Assembly (NCBI RefSeq): GCF_964355755.1
Contig: NC_092675.1
Location: 2,661,812 to 2,725,811, forward strand
Direction: 5' to 3'
Length of the DNA stretch: 64,000 nucleotides
Source of the DNA: Antedon mediterranea
Lineage: Eukaryota; Animalia; Echinodermata
Position 1 is the first letter of the stretch; every line of letters begins with the position of its first letter. Under the pieces are notes generated by a model, which ran no database searches, was not told where the DNA came from, and saw nothing but the letters and a program-made list of their open reading frames with translations. The position numbers and the translations under genes are program-made. Shown here piece after piece: positions 48,401 through 61,580 of this stretch.

Positions 48401-51400
48401 TATCTGCCTCAGACGTATTTGCCGATGAGAAGCCCTTGATCAATGATAGGACCAATCAATGTGCTTTAAACTGTCCTGGCTTAGTTTCAAATTAGTTGTA
48501 AAACTAATTGACATTGTCGTTTGCGACATACGTCGGCCATAAACTAAACACTTGCCATTTCAAAAACATGAGTGAACAATGCACGTAAGGGCGCAGTGTG
48601 TTGGAGGTTGAATTACTGATTGTGAGATTGTAAGTTTGAATCCATTTCGTTGCTTGTATCCTTATACAAGACACTTGCATTTGCCTCTCTCACCCGAGGT
48701 CATTTCACCATAACCACTTTGCAATTCATTTTACCTTCACTCACTCACTAACATTTGTATATATCATTCTTTTTTTTTCACTTCTTTGCTGTGTCACTTC
48801 ATCTCGTTTCACCACACAGGAGGTAATTTATCTTTTTTATTCACCATTTTCTTCTAAATCTATATAGAGCTAATGTTATAAATAGGGAGTTTTCGCTTTG
48901 TCACGACCTGTGGTGACCTAATTAGGAATCAAGTAAGGAAGCATGTTCCCACATGTTTCCCCCCTGCCCCCTCAATTCTTCTTGAAGGTCATGACAAATC
49001 GAAAACTCTTTTGAAAAACTGACTTTCTCAAAATTTTTCTATGGTATTTTTTGAGAAATCAAAATTACATAAGTAATTAATCTGTTTCAATATTTGTCAA
49101 AATCGTCATACCTACCATTTGTTTAATTGTCTTGCCATTGTTACAGTTAAATTTAGTTTTACTTTCATTTTCAGAAAAGTGGTTTAAAAACAATATGTTT
49201 ATGTTTTTCTACAATTAAATATAAATTGTTATTCTGTCTAATGTAAACAATTATATTGTTGTTTTACAATTTGTTTTTGTTTAGTATTTTAAAAACTTTT
49301 GTCTAATGTAAATTTGAATTTGTTTTCATTATTTTTTATGTTATAAAGCAATATTTGTCTTTTAGACTTGATAATATGTACACAGTTTAAACACTCTCCT
49401 AATATAAATGAATAAGTTACATTCACAAACACTTGGAGGTCTGCACCATTTTGTTAAATAATGGAAAATCATATAAGGAAGAGTTGTCTTCTATTTCCGT
49501 GTAAAATGGAACAAGTGTGTACCTTGACAGTGCTCCTTTACTTCTAACTATACTAATACTGTAGTTTTCTATTCCAAAACATTATAACATTTCTGACTAA
49601 TAATAATAATAATATTACTACTTTTCAAAGCACTATGTTCAATACCGAAACTGATATGTGATCTTTACTTTCATTTTGCTTTTTGAAAAAAATTACCTAT
49701 TTGGAATAATTTAATCTGAAAAGCTTTTAGAATATGTTAATGATGCATGTCATAATTTATGGTTATTAGAATATTATTATCATTATATCCGTTTCAAATG
49801 TCTGTAAAATGTACTTATATTTCATTAACTTAATTTTTGTAATATCAATTATTAATCAATACCAAATCTCGTTCATTTATGGCGATCATTTTTAGTATTA
49901 AAAAAATTCATTAAAGTTCTTCCCTACACAGAAACTCTGAAAATCAGAGTCTTTCCTACTGTACTATATAAATGTATTCTGAAACCAGACTTTGCAGGAA
50001 ATATATCTAGGCACTTGGGCCAGCCCAAAGTTGCTTGGTTTTAATGATAGAAGAGTACATTTTGTTTGCGAGTTTTTTGTTTGTTTTTTTTTTCATTGCA
50101 TACTGCTAATTCACACTGATTTCTCGTCTTAGTTGGCAACACTGGTAATTTTTGGTTTGTTTTTTGCACAAACAATTTTAGGTTATTTTTAGTTTTTTTT
50201 TTTTTTAAAGCATGCCAGACTAGCCATACTAATGATGAGTTTTGTTTGTAATCAAGTGCTTGGCATGGTCACATGTAAAAGGAGATGATTTAATTATTTG
50301 TTTGATTACTGTTTTTATGTTACTTTCATTAATATTATTATTGATTGTCCAGAATAGGAATTTCTTCAAGGGACTTTACTATTACTGTGTAAAGACAATA
50401 ATAATAACAATAGCAATTTGATATAACAAAATACTTATTGCAATAACATGTTTGAAAGTTATATTAATTTGTTTTTTATTATTTTATATAAATACTATAT
50501 TAAAGACCATGATTACAGTAGGATATTCCTTGTTAAAATATTAAACTCCTTTTTTTCTTTGCTGCCAAAATATGTTATTATTGGGGTAGTTTTCGGTATG
50601 TTGGGTACTATTAGTTCAGAAGGTAGGCCTCACTGTCTAAATGTCTAACGATTCTAAAAGCACGAAATAACCACCACTGCATATGTTTTAATACATTAAT
50701 TGTGAACATTGTTTGGTTCAGCTTTGAATGCATCCCTTCTATTTGTTTATGTATTATTTAAATATTTACACTTACAAATGTTATTAAATTAATTTCCTAG
50801 CCTTGTATTGTAGACAAACGAACTATGAACTATCAGGTTTTGCGGTGAATCAAATACTATATAATCATACAGTATAGTCATGCCAATGTAGTTCCTATAA
50901 CCAAAACCTTGCAGATGAAAGATGAATATCTAAATACAATGTTACTCAGTGGTTACAAATAGACAATTAGAATTTAGCGTCATGGATGTGCCTGCAAGGG
51001 CCTTCATATTAATGTTAGGGGTCATAGTGTAGGTTCCTGGGGCCAAAGTTTCATGGAGCTCTACGGGATGTTAAATCTCTTCTTTTTAATCTTACTTTTT
51101 ATTTTTTCTTTATTTTTTAAAAATATGATGTGATATTGATAATGAATTCATTTTCTAACACAAGAATAATTTATTACAATAACTTTTGAGAACATTGCAA
51201 AATCATTTGCTGTGATATTTATGATAGTACTATTTGCTGATTGCAGGATGAATTTATATTAAATATATAGTGTTAATGTGAGGCTTAATGAGTGGATTAA
51301 AACAATTCAACTCTGATACTAGGTCAGAATTGAACCCTATAGACAAGCATGTTAACCAAGAAGCTACAGATCCACTAACTAGCTATTGTGTGAAAGAGTG

Positions 51401-54400
51401 TGGTCATACTGTAGATAGGCTAGTGGGAAATTTAATGAATGTATCTGAAAATTGGGTGTAAATTGTGTTGGCTATATTTTTACTGAAAATCATCTTAGTA
51501 TTTTATAGTTTTTTTTGCCTGCTTGAAAGTAGTTTACTAACAATACATTAACAAGGATGCAAAAATTATGTATGCTTTTCTTTAAAAACTTAAGTGCATG
51601 TTGTTTTAAAAGATTTAAAAAGTTAAACAAAATTATGATTAAATAGAATTTGTGTACTTAATTTTATGCTTGTATATGAATACCTTTATACTTTTATTTC
51701 TCTATAAGATAACTACTTTGACCAAAATCAAAGATGTTTTGCTGTATTGTGTTGCCTAAAGCTTGGTTCCCACTAGGATGCATTGCACACATATAAGCCG
51801 CAACGCAAGCGAATTAAACAATCAAACGTGATAATTCAAACTGTTGCTTGTGATTGGTCAATTTATTTTGTGTTGCGGCTTACCTCTTTGTGTTACGTCC
51901 TAGTATCAAACAAGCTTTAAAAGCATTTATTAATCTCTACTATTACTAATATTGATTGTTTTTAACTATATAGTAATAACTCCGTTAAAGATATAATTTT
52001 GTTGATTAAATTATTTCTATTTGGTTTTAGGGTCGAATTTGCCAGAGGAAGAAGTTCGAACAGCTGAGGAGAAATTTGAAGAGTCACTCAGATTAGCTGA
52101 AGACGGAATGAGGCATGTCATCGAAAATGATGTAAGTTCTCTCACTACTCTATTATAATGGGAACCCGGATTCATATTTATATCCGCTTTTTTTTAATAA
52201 CCATTTAAATCAAAGCAGGGTGGATCAGATATAACATATACAACAATATTCAAGGATTCCTTTATGTTGAGTGCTGGTACCAAACAGTGCTCATTCGTCT
52301 GTTCACGACAGGGATTGATATAGATCAGTGCACCAGGTTAAGCTCATACTCTTCCCAAAAATGTACCGGGTTCTTTAAAGTACACACAAACCAGATGTTT
52401 TCACTGAATATGGACAGTTTTAAGTACTTATCCGAGAAGAATTGTTGGTTAAGAAGATTCTTCAACCTGTACCAATTATGTGGCTATGGTTTGCGGGAAC
52501 CCTGCCATACCTGCTCAGTCACTTGACTTATTAGTAGCAGAAGACATTAACCTGTATACATAAGACTTAATAATTCCTATTATCACTTAAGTATTTTTTT
52601 ATTAAACCATTGATTTTGATTTTTTTTTTTTGGCATCAGGTTGAACAAGTCGCACAACTGGATGCATTTGTCCAGGCCTTGTTAGAGTACCACACACAGT
52701 CAATAGAGATACTTGACAACCTTAAAGATTCATTAAGTAACAGGTTAGTTGATTAACAATAGAGTAATCATATTATCAGAAACAACTTCTAATGTTAAGC
52801 AAATGATTAATCAAGTACCTTACTTAAGTCCTGTCTACACTATCACATTTTATGGGACAAAAAAAAATGTGATGTGCCCATATATGGACATGGTGACATC
52901 ATATCACTACCATATCTGGGCATGTCACACTTTTTGTCACACTAGTTTGATAGTGTAGACAGAGCTTTAGGTTTACTTAGGTGACTAAATTCCTCTGTAT
53001 TCAAATCCAATTAGTTCAATCTTGGTACTTTATTACAAAGATAAAGATATTATATTACCAGACCTTGTCTTTTTAAAATTATAGGTGTGCTACAAATTGC
53101 ACTCCTCAATACATTTAGGGATGCTGTAGGTGTGCTGTTTGTACTTTGGTGTGTAGAAGTTTACCTCACCTCAAAAGAAAAGACCTGTGTTACATTACTA
53201 TTTTTATAATATATTTTAGAAAAACAGAAGCAGAAAACCGTCCTCGAATGGACCGTAAACCACTCAGGGCATCTAAGAATTCTTACAATAACGACTTGAA
53301 TGGGGCAACAAAAGAGGAGAGCCAGCCAGATTCAAGGTACACAGCTGCACCATCTCAAGCACCACCAAGTAAGTAGTACTTTATCATCAACCTTCTGTTC
53401 CCAACAATGTGTCCCCTTAATAGGGGGTATCCCTTAAATAGGGTTTGCTATAGAGTTAACACATACATTTCCCCTCATTTCACAGTTTAAGTAAAAATAG
53501 GGGGTCATTTATTTCTCTACATTCATTTCAAGGCTAGGTGTTCCCTTAAAATGGTGTAGTTAAGAAAAGGAGGCTAAGGAGGATTAGATAATATTATCTA
53601 TGTCTTAGCTTATAATGGTTCTCCTTCCTATGTACAATAAATATAGTATCATCATTTAGTGCTTAACGGCCGATTTTTCTTACAAATGTCTGATTACAAC
53701 ATACGTAAATAATTATTTAGTTCAATTCTTTCATTGTTTTGTATTCCCATTGAAACAAGTATCAGATTATTTTCTTTATTTTATAATTTTACTATTTTAT
53801 TTATGAGCAATATGGCTTAGAAGCATGTGACATTTTCTTTTATATGTATTTCATTAATCTTAATGGAGTATTATTTGATACGTGTATATGTTGTCATGTA
53901 AGAATGAACAATTACCTAGTAATAGTATACTGGACTGGCAATCTGTAGCAAAGTGTTACATAGAATTATAATATTTAAAAGTTCACAATAAAGGCTAAAG
54001 GTCAAAGCGTGTCAAGTGCGTTTACTATTTGTTTCATACCTGACAAGCAAAGTGCATCAATCTGGTTCAGAATTAGAATTAGGGAAGATGTGGTATTACA
54101 GTAAAAGACTGGTAACTCCCAGGGCAGGACTAACTGCAGAATGGTACTGACCATAGAGCAAACAGTTTGACTGAGAAAAGATAGCTACAAACGGACATAA
54201 AAATTGAGTTGATGTATGCATTTTAAACTCTATGCTCTTCCATCATGAAGCAGGTTCAGAATTATGTTGTATTACAGTAATAGACTGGTAACTCCCAGGG
54301 CAGGACTAACTGCAGAATGGTACTGGCCATAGAGCAAACAGTTTGACTGAGAAAAGATGCAAATAGCTACAAACGGACATAAAAATTTAGTTGATGATGT

Positions 54401-57400
54401 ATGCATTTTAAACTCTATGCTCTTCCATCATGAAGCAGGTTCAGAATTATGTTGTATTACAGTAATAGACTGGTAACTCCCAGGGCAGGACTAACTGCAG
54501 AATGGTACTGACCATAGAGCAAACAGTTTGACTGAGAAAATATAGCTACAAACGGACATAAAAATTGAGTTGATGATGTATGCATTTTAAACTCTATGCT
54601 CTTCCATCATGAAGCAGGTTCAGAATTATGTTGTATTACAGTAATAGACTGGTAACTCCCAGGGCAGAAATAACAGTAGAATGGCAACTGATCGCAGAGC
54701 AGTTTAGAGAGAGGATGAATACAATAGCAATACAATACAAAATAAAAAGTGAGAAACAATGCACTACCTAGGTAGCTCGCGGCGACTGACCTCTCGTGGA
54801 CGGTCTTGAGGCCTAGCCTAGCTAGGCTTAGTTTTGTAGGCCTAGCTGGTGAATATCGGTAACGTACGAACATCGTACGCTAGCTATATACCTAGCCTGA
54901 CGTTGTATAGTTGCTGCATTAATTTTCTTTCTATTTTTGCCAGACTTCGTTGATACAAATTGGGGAAAACTGCAAAGTTAGGAGTCTTCCATTTGTTTTG
55001 GCCTCACGATCGATCGAAAAGTGGGTGAATTACAGAAGAAAAACAGAAATATCAATCCGCGCTCAATGCATTTTGGGATTTATAGCGGGCCGCTATAATT
55101 ATTAGAATTGACTTATTTTTCACATTTTTAACCATTTGAAGACGAAAAAAGTTATCGCAATAGGACCATATAGTATTATTTTTAGATTAAATATAGTTTG
55201 TGATCTTAAAATAGATCTAAAAAACGTAGGGAAGGTGTCTCTAAACTTAAACTGTGTAGTGCAAATATATACACGTTGGCCTTGTTTTAGTTATAAATTG
55301 GCTACCCACCATTTAAATGTATCTACTGCCCTCTAGCATCTAAAAGTCAAAGCAGAATTGCCTTGGGGTTGACAGCCTTTATAATGATTACCTATAGTAC
55401 AGTGCATCATAAACCATAATAAATAAAGTCATTTTTAATAGATTAATTCTTGATATGTTAAATGGCATAATGAAATGTATACTGAAAAAACGCCAACTAC
55501 ATAGAATTTAAGCAATGGTACACATCTCATAAAATACGTAATCAAAATTACACTGAATGAAATACTACTACAATAATGCAATGAGAACCCACTATGGTAA
55601 ATAATCATAAACTTTTGTAATTTATATCCACTATATGGATTTATATAAATATAGTTATAGGGAACTACCTTTATAACAGTGGTTCATGACTAATACTTCA
55701 CATAACAATAGCTACATAATATTAAAACAATTACTGGAAAAATTATAAATACAGAGAACACTAAGTTAAAAGAAAGAAAGTAGGCCTACTTGGGAATGTA
55801 ATCCTTCACTATGTGGATATGATACACATAATAATAATAATGTATTAAGAACTACTGTACATATTGGTGGCATACTTCACACTACAATATAAATATAGTA
55901 ATAACAATTACTGGTAAAATAGTTAATACACATACATAAGGAAATATAGGTATTTTTAAGTACTTGGGTGGGTAATACTTTATTGCTTAATAATTTTTAA
56001 GTTCGTGTTCATATGTTCTTTCATTGAATGAAGTGAGCCCTCTGTTGTTTATAGACAAAAATTGATTTCATATCCATAAATTAAGCAATAATATTTTTTT
56101 TATTGAGTCAATTTAAAGGCCTGTGAAATAGGACAAATCAATCTTATATTCATGGGCGCACCCAAACAATTGTCCGTTTTATTGATATCTCATAAAAATA
56201 TAATAAAATCGTTAGTCTTACAAAATAATTAAATTATTATGTGGAATTTATGCATAACAATGGAACATAAAAATTGATTTAATTACGACAAAGTTTGTCA
56301 AATATTATGCTACTACTGGTGTACTATACATGAATATTGGTCCTACTGACATAGCATGCAAGGCCGTAAAGCAAGATGCTTTAAATATAATTATATACAA
56401 TATAGACGATCTGTGCAGGGGAATTGGGGTGGGTGGTGAAAATTAAAAAATTTCAGACGAGGCTATAGCTACATCCCTGGCACCGCATTTATATAGTAAC
56501 TACTAAAAAAAGTAACATGCTGTTTACACTGTAAACATAAGAATGTCTCATGTGCATTTCAAATTGAATTTACAATTAATAAATTACACATTTTGTAGTG
56601 CAGTGACACAGGTACATTTGTGCACTGTTTTCACTCTTAAGCTCTGTCTCAACTATCAAACTTTATGTGACAAGAAAATGTGCCCATACTGTATATAGAC
56701 ATGATAATGTCATATCACCACCATATTTGGACATATCACTACCCTATTTGGGAGCATCACACTTTACCGTTGCCTAATATTTTGCATTTATCCAATTCCT
56801 CAACCCCAAATTGTTACCAGTAATCAGTCACAGAAGTATAGTCACAATAAAACTAAACGAAAGAAATTAAGCAACAGCAAAATTTGCAGACATTTTTTTA
56901 ATACATGTAAAGTATTACAAATACGTCGTAATAGATTCCACTGATTGGTTAGGCATTAGCTTATGTTTGGGATTAAGATGTAAATCTTGCTATAATAAAA
57001 GGGTATTTCTAAAACTAGGTCAAAAACCTTAAAAAAGATATTAGAAATTGTGGCCCACCACATCCATCTCCTCCCAGCACCCAACTCTTGAGTATAGATT
57101 ACTTAAAGATGTTTGATTCAGTTTATTTAGGTGTTTAGGTGTTATTTTTAGGTTGAATGTTTAGGTGTTTAGTTGAATGTTCAGGTTAAATGTTTAGGTG
57201 CTTAGATGTTAGATTCAATTTATTTAGGTGTTTAGGTTGAATGTTTAGGTGTTTAGGTTACTTAAAGATGTTTGATTCAGTTTATTTAGGTGTTTAGGTT
57301 GAATGTTTAGGTTGAATATTTAGGTGTTTGGGTTGAATGTTTAGGTGTTGCCTAATTATTTTAGGGATTAGGTTCAGTTGGGCCTGATGGTCTAAGCATG

Positions 57401-57496
57401 GGCCCGATCTGACAGCATCTCAAAAATCTTTTGTATTAATTAATATGTGACCATGTCTGTTTTCAGGACCAGATGACGAATATGAAATAATACCAA
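38239..57496 (+). CDS. SH3GL: Endophilin A (SH3GL family) N-BAR region; SH3 exon(s) not seen, presumably beyond window end
   Basis: Exons 38239-38283, 43077-43145, 43876-43948, 44415-44531, 44974-45107, 47339-47405, 52031-52131, 52640-52743, 53220-53368, 57467-57496 (plus candidate microexons 48820-48822, 50133-50144). Translation [33 protein letters not shown]...FLQPNPAARIKL...NFIDPL...[19 protein letters not shown]...AEEKFEES matches the endophilin A pattern. Confidence 0.93.
39660..40118 (+). mobile_element. CR1/L2-type LINE 3' fragment
   Basis: Translates [26 protein letters not shown] (typical ORF2 C-terminus); ends AATAAATTGAATTGAATTGAA. Confidence 0.75.
43077..43145 (+). CDS. SH3GL: Endophilin A exon 2
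   Basis: [23 protein letters not shown]; ttcag / gtttg. Confidence 0.92.
43876..43948 (+). CDS. SH3GL: Endophilin A exon 3
   Basis: [24 protein letters not shown]. Confidence 0.92.
44415..44531 (+). CDS. SH3GL: Endophilin A exon 4
   Basis: [38 protein letters not shown]. Confidence 0.92.
44974..45107 (+). CDS. SH3GL: Endophilin A exon 5
   Basis: [45 protein letters not shown]. Confidence 0.92.
45284..46225 (+). mobile_element. tRNA-head SINE (core resembles the Deu/Nin domain) interrupted by a 652-bp insert at 45468-46119
   Basis: GTGGCCAAGCGGTTAAGAC head; GATAAGGACTATAAACCGTAGGTCC...TTAAAGAACCC core; GAGAC duplicated around the insert. Confidence 0.65.
47339..47405 (+). CDS. SH3GL: Endophilin A exon 6
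   Basis: [22 protein letters not shown]. Confidence 0.92.
48231..48350 (+). pseudogene. 5S rRNA-derived sequence (pseudogene or SINE3 head)
   Basis: ACACCGGTTCTCATCAGATCACAGAAGTT...GGGCCTGGTTAGAGCTTGGATGGGAGACCATTTGGGAATACCGGGTGCTGTA matches the 5S rRNA pattern, with an insertion and mismatches. Confidence 0.8.
48820..48822 (+). CDS. SH3GL: Candidate 3-nt microexon (GAG) of endophilin A
   Basis: CACTAAC branch point, long pyrimidine tract with TGC, cacag|GAG|gtaatt; frame-preserving. Confidence 0.55.
50133..50144 (+). CDS. SH3GL: Candidate 12-nt microexon (adds VGNT) of endophilin A
   Basis: T-tract with TGC motifs, cttag|TTGGCAACACTG|gtaatt; phase 1 to 1. Confidence 0.6.
51760..51916. mobile_element. 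Second Harbinger-like MITE
   Basis: AGCTTGGTTCCCACTAGGA / TCCTAGTATCAAACAAGCT imperfect TIRs with TWA flanks. Confidence 0.6.
52031..52131 (+). CDS. SH3GL: Endophilin A exon 7
   Basis: [34 protein letters not shown]. Confidence 0.92.
52640..52743 (+). CDS. SH3GL: Endophilin A exon 8
   Basis: [34 protein letters not shown]. Confidence 0.92.
52827..52966. mobile_element. PIF/Harbinger-type MITE with TTA TSD
   Basis: tta|AGTCCTGTCTACACTATCA...TGATAGTGTAGACAGAGCT|tta. Confidence 0.82.
53220..53368 (+). CDS. SH3GL: Endophilin A exon 9 (linker)
   Basis: [15 protein letters not shown]...APSQAPP; tttag / gtaag. Confidence 0.88.
54065..54670. repeat. about 175-186-bp tandem repeat, about 3.3 copies
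   Basis: GTATTACAGTAAWAGACTGGTAACTCCCAGGGCAG recurs at about 54093, 54268, 54454 and 54634. Confidence 0.9.
57100..57350. repeat. TTTAGGTG / GTTGAATG degenerate microsatellite
   Basis: Direct reading. Confidence 0.8.
57467..57496 (+). CDS. SH3GL: Endophilin A 30-nt linker exon ([10 protein letters not shown])
   Basis: ttttcag|...|gtaagt, phase 1 to 1, open frame. Confidence 0.7.
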
Positions 57497-60400
57497 GTAA
57501 GTTTTTATCGGTTACAACCAAGGCTTATTGATGGTGATAATAGGATTATTAAAAATAATATTTACATTGATATTTTCTTTGAATTAATAATTAATATTTA
57601 ACCTTTTATTTGTGCCTTATTTTTTTGTTGGTTTTGGTGATGGGTTAGATTGATTTAAGATATTGTGTTAAATGTATATTACAATGTGCAATTCTAGTTC
57701 CTGCGATCACCATATTAATTTGACTACTTTTTGAACTATTTTTCCCCTCAATGTTTCTGCTATTAAATACCCTTAAATGAGTGATTTCAACTTTACAGCA
57801 GTTATTATGGAATTTAACTATGACTAAGTAGTTTTTCATTTTTTTAATAAAATGTATTTTAGAAAATGGGTTTCAATATAATATCCAATCATAATTTTAT
57901 TTATATTATTCTTACTAATTTATTTCTTTCAGATGTTTTATTTTGTATAAGTAGTTATAAATATTAGGTTTATTATATCATGTATAATAATGTTATATAA
58001 ACACTATTTAACTTATTTCATACTTTTAGTTGTATTGCCATTTTTTTTGTCTAATATCGAAGTACCCAAATTTTCTTTAGTGCATGTAATTACATTTGCT
58101 AGTGGATCGATAATCATCAACAAACTCAAATTGCTGTTTCCTTTTTTTATTTCACAAAAGAACCAGCAATGAATAAGAAACAAGCATTTGATGGCAAAAC
58201 ATTTTCATAAAATCAATAGGTATTGTTTTCATATTATTCGAATTTCAACCTAATAAACGTGAGAGTCAATTGGGTTGTTTTACAGTCTTTGAGAGCCAGT
58301 TTTACTCTTTCTAATGCTTTTGTTCCTTAAGGACAGTTGGAAGAAGCTGATTGGCCAATCAACAGGTTGATCATTAACCAATCACACACCTCCACCTTCT
58401 TCTTAACCTTCATTCAATTATTGATTGTTTTCCATGATATTTGACAACTCATGTTCATCAACCAGCTCTTTCGTTTGTTTTTATTTAACTTCATATGAGG
58501 ATCTTTTGTTAATTTGAATTAAACAACTGCTTTTGTCAAACGAAATCATCATCATTTTGAGGACATGGACTTGAAGAGGAATATTACTCTTCCATTAAAT
58601 CATTTGATAATTTTCTTCCTTTTATATTTACCTTCTATTTCTTATTTTAATTGAATTATTCAATGTAAAGACCATGTTTATAATTATTATGATATGAACC
58701 CTTCAATAAAAAAAGTAGAAGAAAATTATTATCAAATTACAAAAGTAATTTAATTTCGTTACGGCTCTTCTCTTTCATCATACTTGTTGGTAGTGTACCT
58801 AGGTGATTGCCATCAAATCTCAAGGTCCAGGGTTTCAATCCTGACCCAGCAACTCATGGCTGTTTGTACTCCACCTTTAAACCTCAAGTCGGACTTGATA
58901 TTCAATTCAATTCAATTTCTTTATTGCTGCAAATGCCATCAAGGGCTAATATCGGCTTAAACATACTACATCATACAAACATACATATTTACATTTAAAA
59001 TTGTTGTTATCAATACTTTAGTTAGATTTCAAATTAAGTATGTATCTTATTCATCCTGTAAGTGACATTAGTTACCTGCTTTAGATGTGTATGAAATTTT
59101 TTTTAATAGTTAGTTCTACGATTTCATTCTGTGATACCATTAATTTTATTTCTGTGCCAAAAAATAATATTAATTTTTATATAATTATAATGGGTGATAC
59201 GCTGCAACGGATTCAAGTCGTTGAAAAGCGAAAGCTCTCCATTAATGTTTTCACTCAGAAACATAGAATTCACCAATATTATTGTTTGCGCCATGTGTGT
59301 GGTAGTTAATAAATTATGTTGGAAGAACATGAAGATGAATTTTATATGAAATTTGCTTTTAATTTACATTTTGAGTCAAAAAATCATCATCATTTCGAAC
59401 CGTGTGTTTACATTATAAATTTAAGTTAATGTAAAGTGAAATGAAAATATGGATAGAATAGGAAGCAATCTGACCGAATTATGATATCGAATAGAATTTA
59501 ATTTCATGATCAGCATTATATGTACATATAAATTTTATGGCTTGTAATTTTACCGTTATTAAACTAGGACTTTTATTGTTTGTAGTATTTCCACGGATGA
59601 GTTGAAAATTTTACGATCTAGGTTCTATAATGGAGAACATTTTATCGTTTATTCTCTTTGAAAACAAAATAACTTTTTATTTTTCTTGTACAAGTCCTTG
59701 AATTTTAAACGTTTTCACTGTTTTTAATACACCAGTCATTCATTTTCCGTTTTAGTTGCTTGAAATATTGGGTTTATTGCGTGAATAAGTAAATGACAAA
59801 TTTAAAGTTCTGTTCAATTCATGCCTAGTAGCCCAATAGTTAAAATTTACCGCCTTGGTATAAAGGAGAGCACCCTCTGTTAAACATGTTTCGCTATTAT
59901 AACAAAATGTATTTAGCGTATTAATAATGGTGCAAAACCTCCATATAAAGTTTGTAGTGAATTATAGAAGCTTTAAATAAATACTTCTAGAATATTGTTT
60001 TATGTCACTATTTCAAACACACATTTTCTGCACATAATTTTGTGTGAAGATTCTTCATAATGAATATAGCTTTCATTGTGTCCTCTGCCGTACCGCTATG
60101 CCTTTGGCAGTAATCTAAACACATCTACTTTGAAAATGGAATCTGTTTTTTCTTCATATATAAGAAAATGATCTCACTCAGATATCTAGGTTGCCGTACG
60201 AGTGTTAAAAAAACATAAAGATGGTACGATGTAGCGTAAAGTAATCGGCTTGATTCGTAATATCTGTAGAAGTTCTTTTTATGTTTTGTTTCCTTCGTCA
60301 CTGTCAATTTATTTGATAAAATTCTTTACAAAATGATTGATAAGAAAATATGATATTTCAGTTTTTATTAAGATATCATAATTTATCTACATCAAATTGA

Positions 60401-60839
60401 ATTTTCTCTTATATTTAATGATTTTTGCAATGCCTTGTATTTTGATATGTTTCCAGAAAATTTTATTTTTGTATTTTATTTGGCAGGTACATTTTTTTTA
60501 ACTGAAGATGATTAAGTGGGGTGGTGGGGGAGGGGTTATGTATATTCAAACTAGAGCCATAGTGCGCCATATCACTCTTTGCATATTAGTTCAGTTTCCC
60601 AACTTTGCATATCATTTTGTAATAATGTTTTAATGTTCAGTGCCTCTGTATTTAGTTACATTAAAATCATGCACTGAATTGATTTTATAAAGTTAATCAA
60701 TCATTTTATATCATTATTTTATCATAATTCATAAGGACCAATATCAAACATTCATCAACAGAAATTCATGAGATTATTATAATCAATTACAATTACATCA
60801 ATACGAATATATCCGCAACAATCACCATCATGTTTATCA

Positions 60840-61580
60840 GCAGTAGCATAATCATTAACTTTAATCATCACTTTTAGTAGACATCATCATCACAATTATT
60901 AAACATCACTTTCAGTAGATATTGTTGTAATCATCATTATTATTATTATCACAATCATCATCATTATCACAATCATTAATAAAAACAACATTCTTCAGTT
61001 TTTATCATAATCATTAATCATCACTTTTAGGTGATATCATCATCAATCATCATCATAATCAGTAATCAATCACTTTTAGTTGATATCATCATCAATCATC
61101 ATAATCAGTATTCAATCACTTTTAGGTGATATCGTCATCAATCATCATCATAATCAGTAATCAATCACTTTTAGTTGATATCATCATCAATCATCATAAT
61201 CAGTATTCAATCACTTTTAGGTGATATCGTCATCAATCATCATCATAATCAGTAATCAATCACATTAGTTGATATGATCAATCATCATCATAATCAGTAA
61301 TCAATCACTTTAGTTGATATCATCAATCAATCATCATAATCAGTAATCAATCACTTTTAGGTGATATCGTCATCAATCATCATCATAATCAGTAATCAAT
61401 CACTTTTAGTAGATATCATCATCAATCATAATCATTAATCATCACTTTTAGTAGATATCATCATCAATCATAATCATTAATCATCACTTTTAGTTGATAT
61501 CATCATCATCATCATCAATCATCATAATCATTAATCAGTCACTTTTAGTTGATATCATCATAATCATTAATCATCACTAG
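60840..61580. repeat. ATC-rich minisatellite (about 36-39-bp units)
   Basis: ATCACTTTTAGTTGATATCATCATCAATCATCATAATCAGTAATCA recurring. Confidence 0.88.

Noticed and set aside
57100-57350. Interstitial telomere
   Set aside because: The units are TTTAGGTG/GTTGAATG, not TTAGGG.
58150-58365. Additional endophilin linker exons after AAG acceptors at about 58150 and 58331
   Set aside because: No frame-preserving GT donor (the second would be 34 nt); cannot be supported without RNA data.
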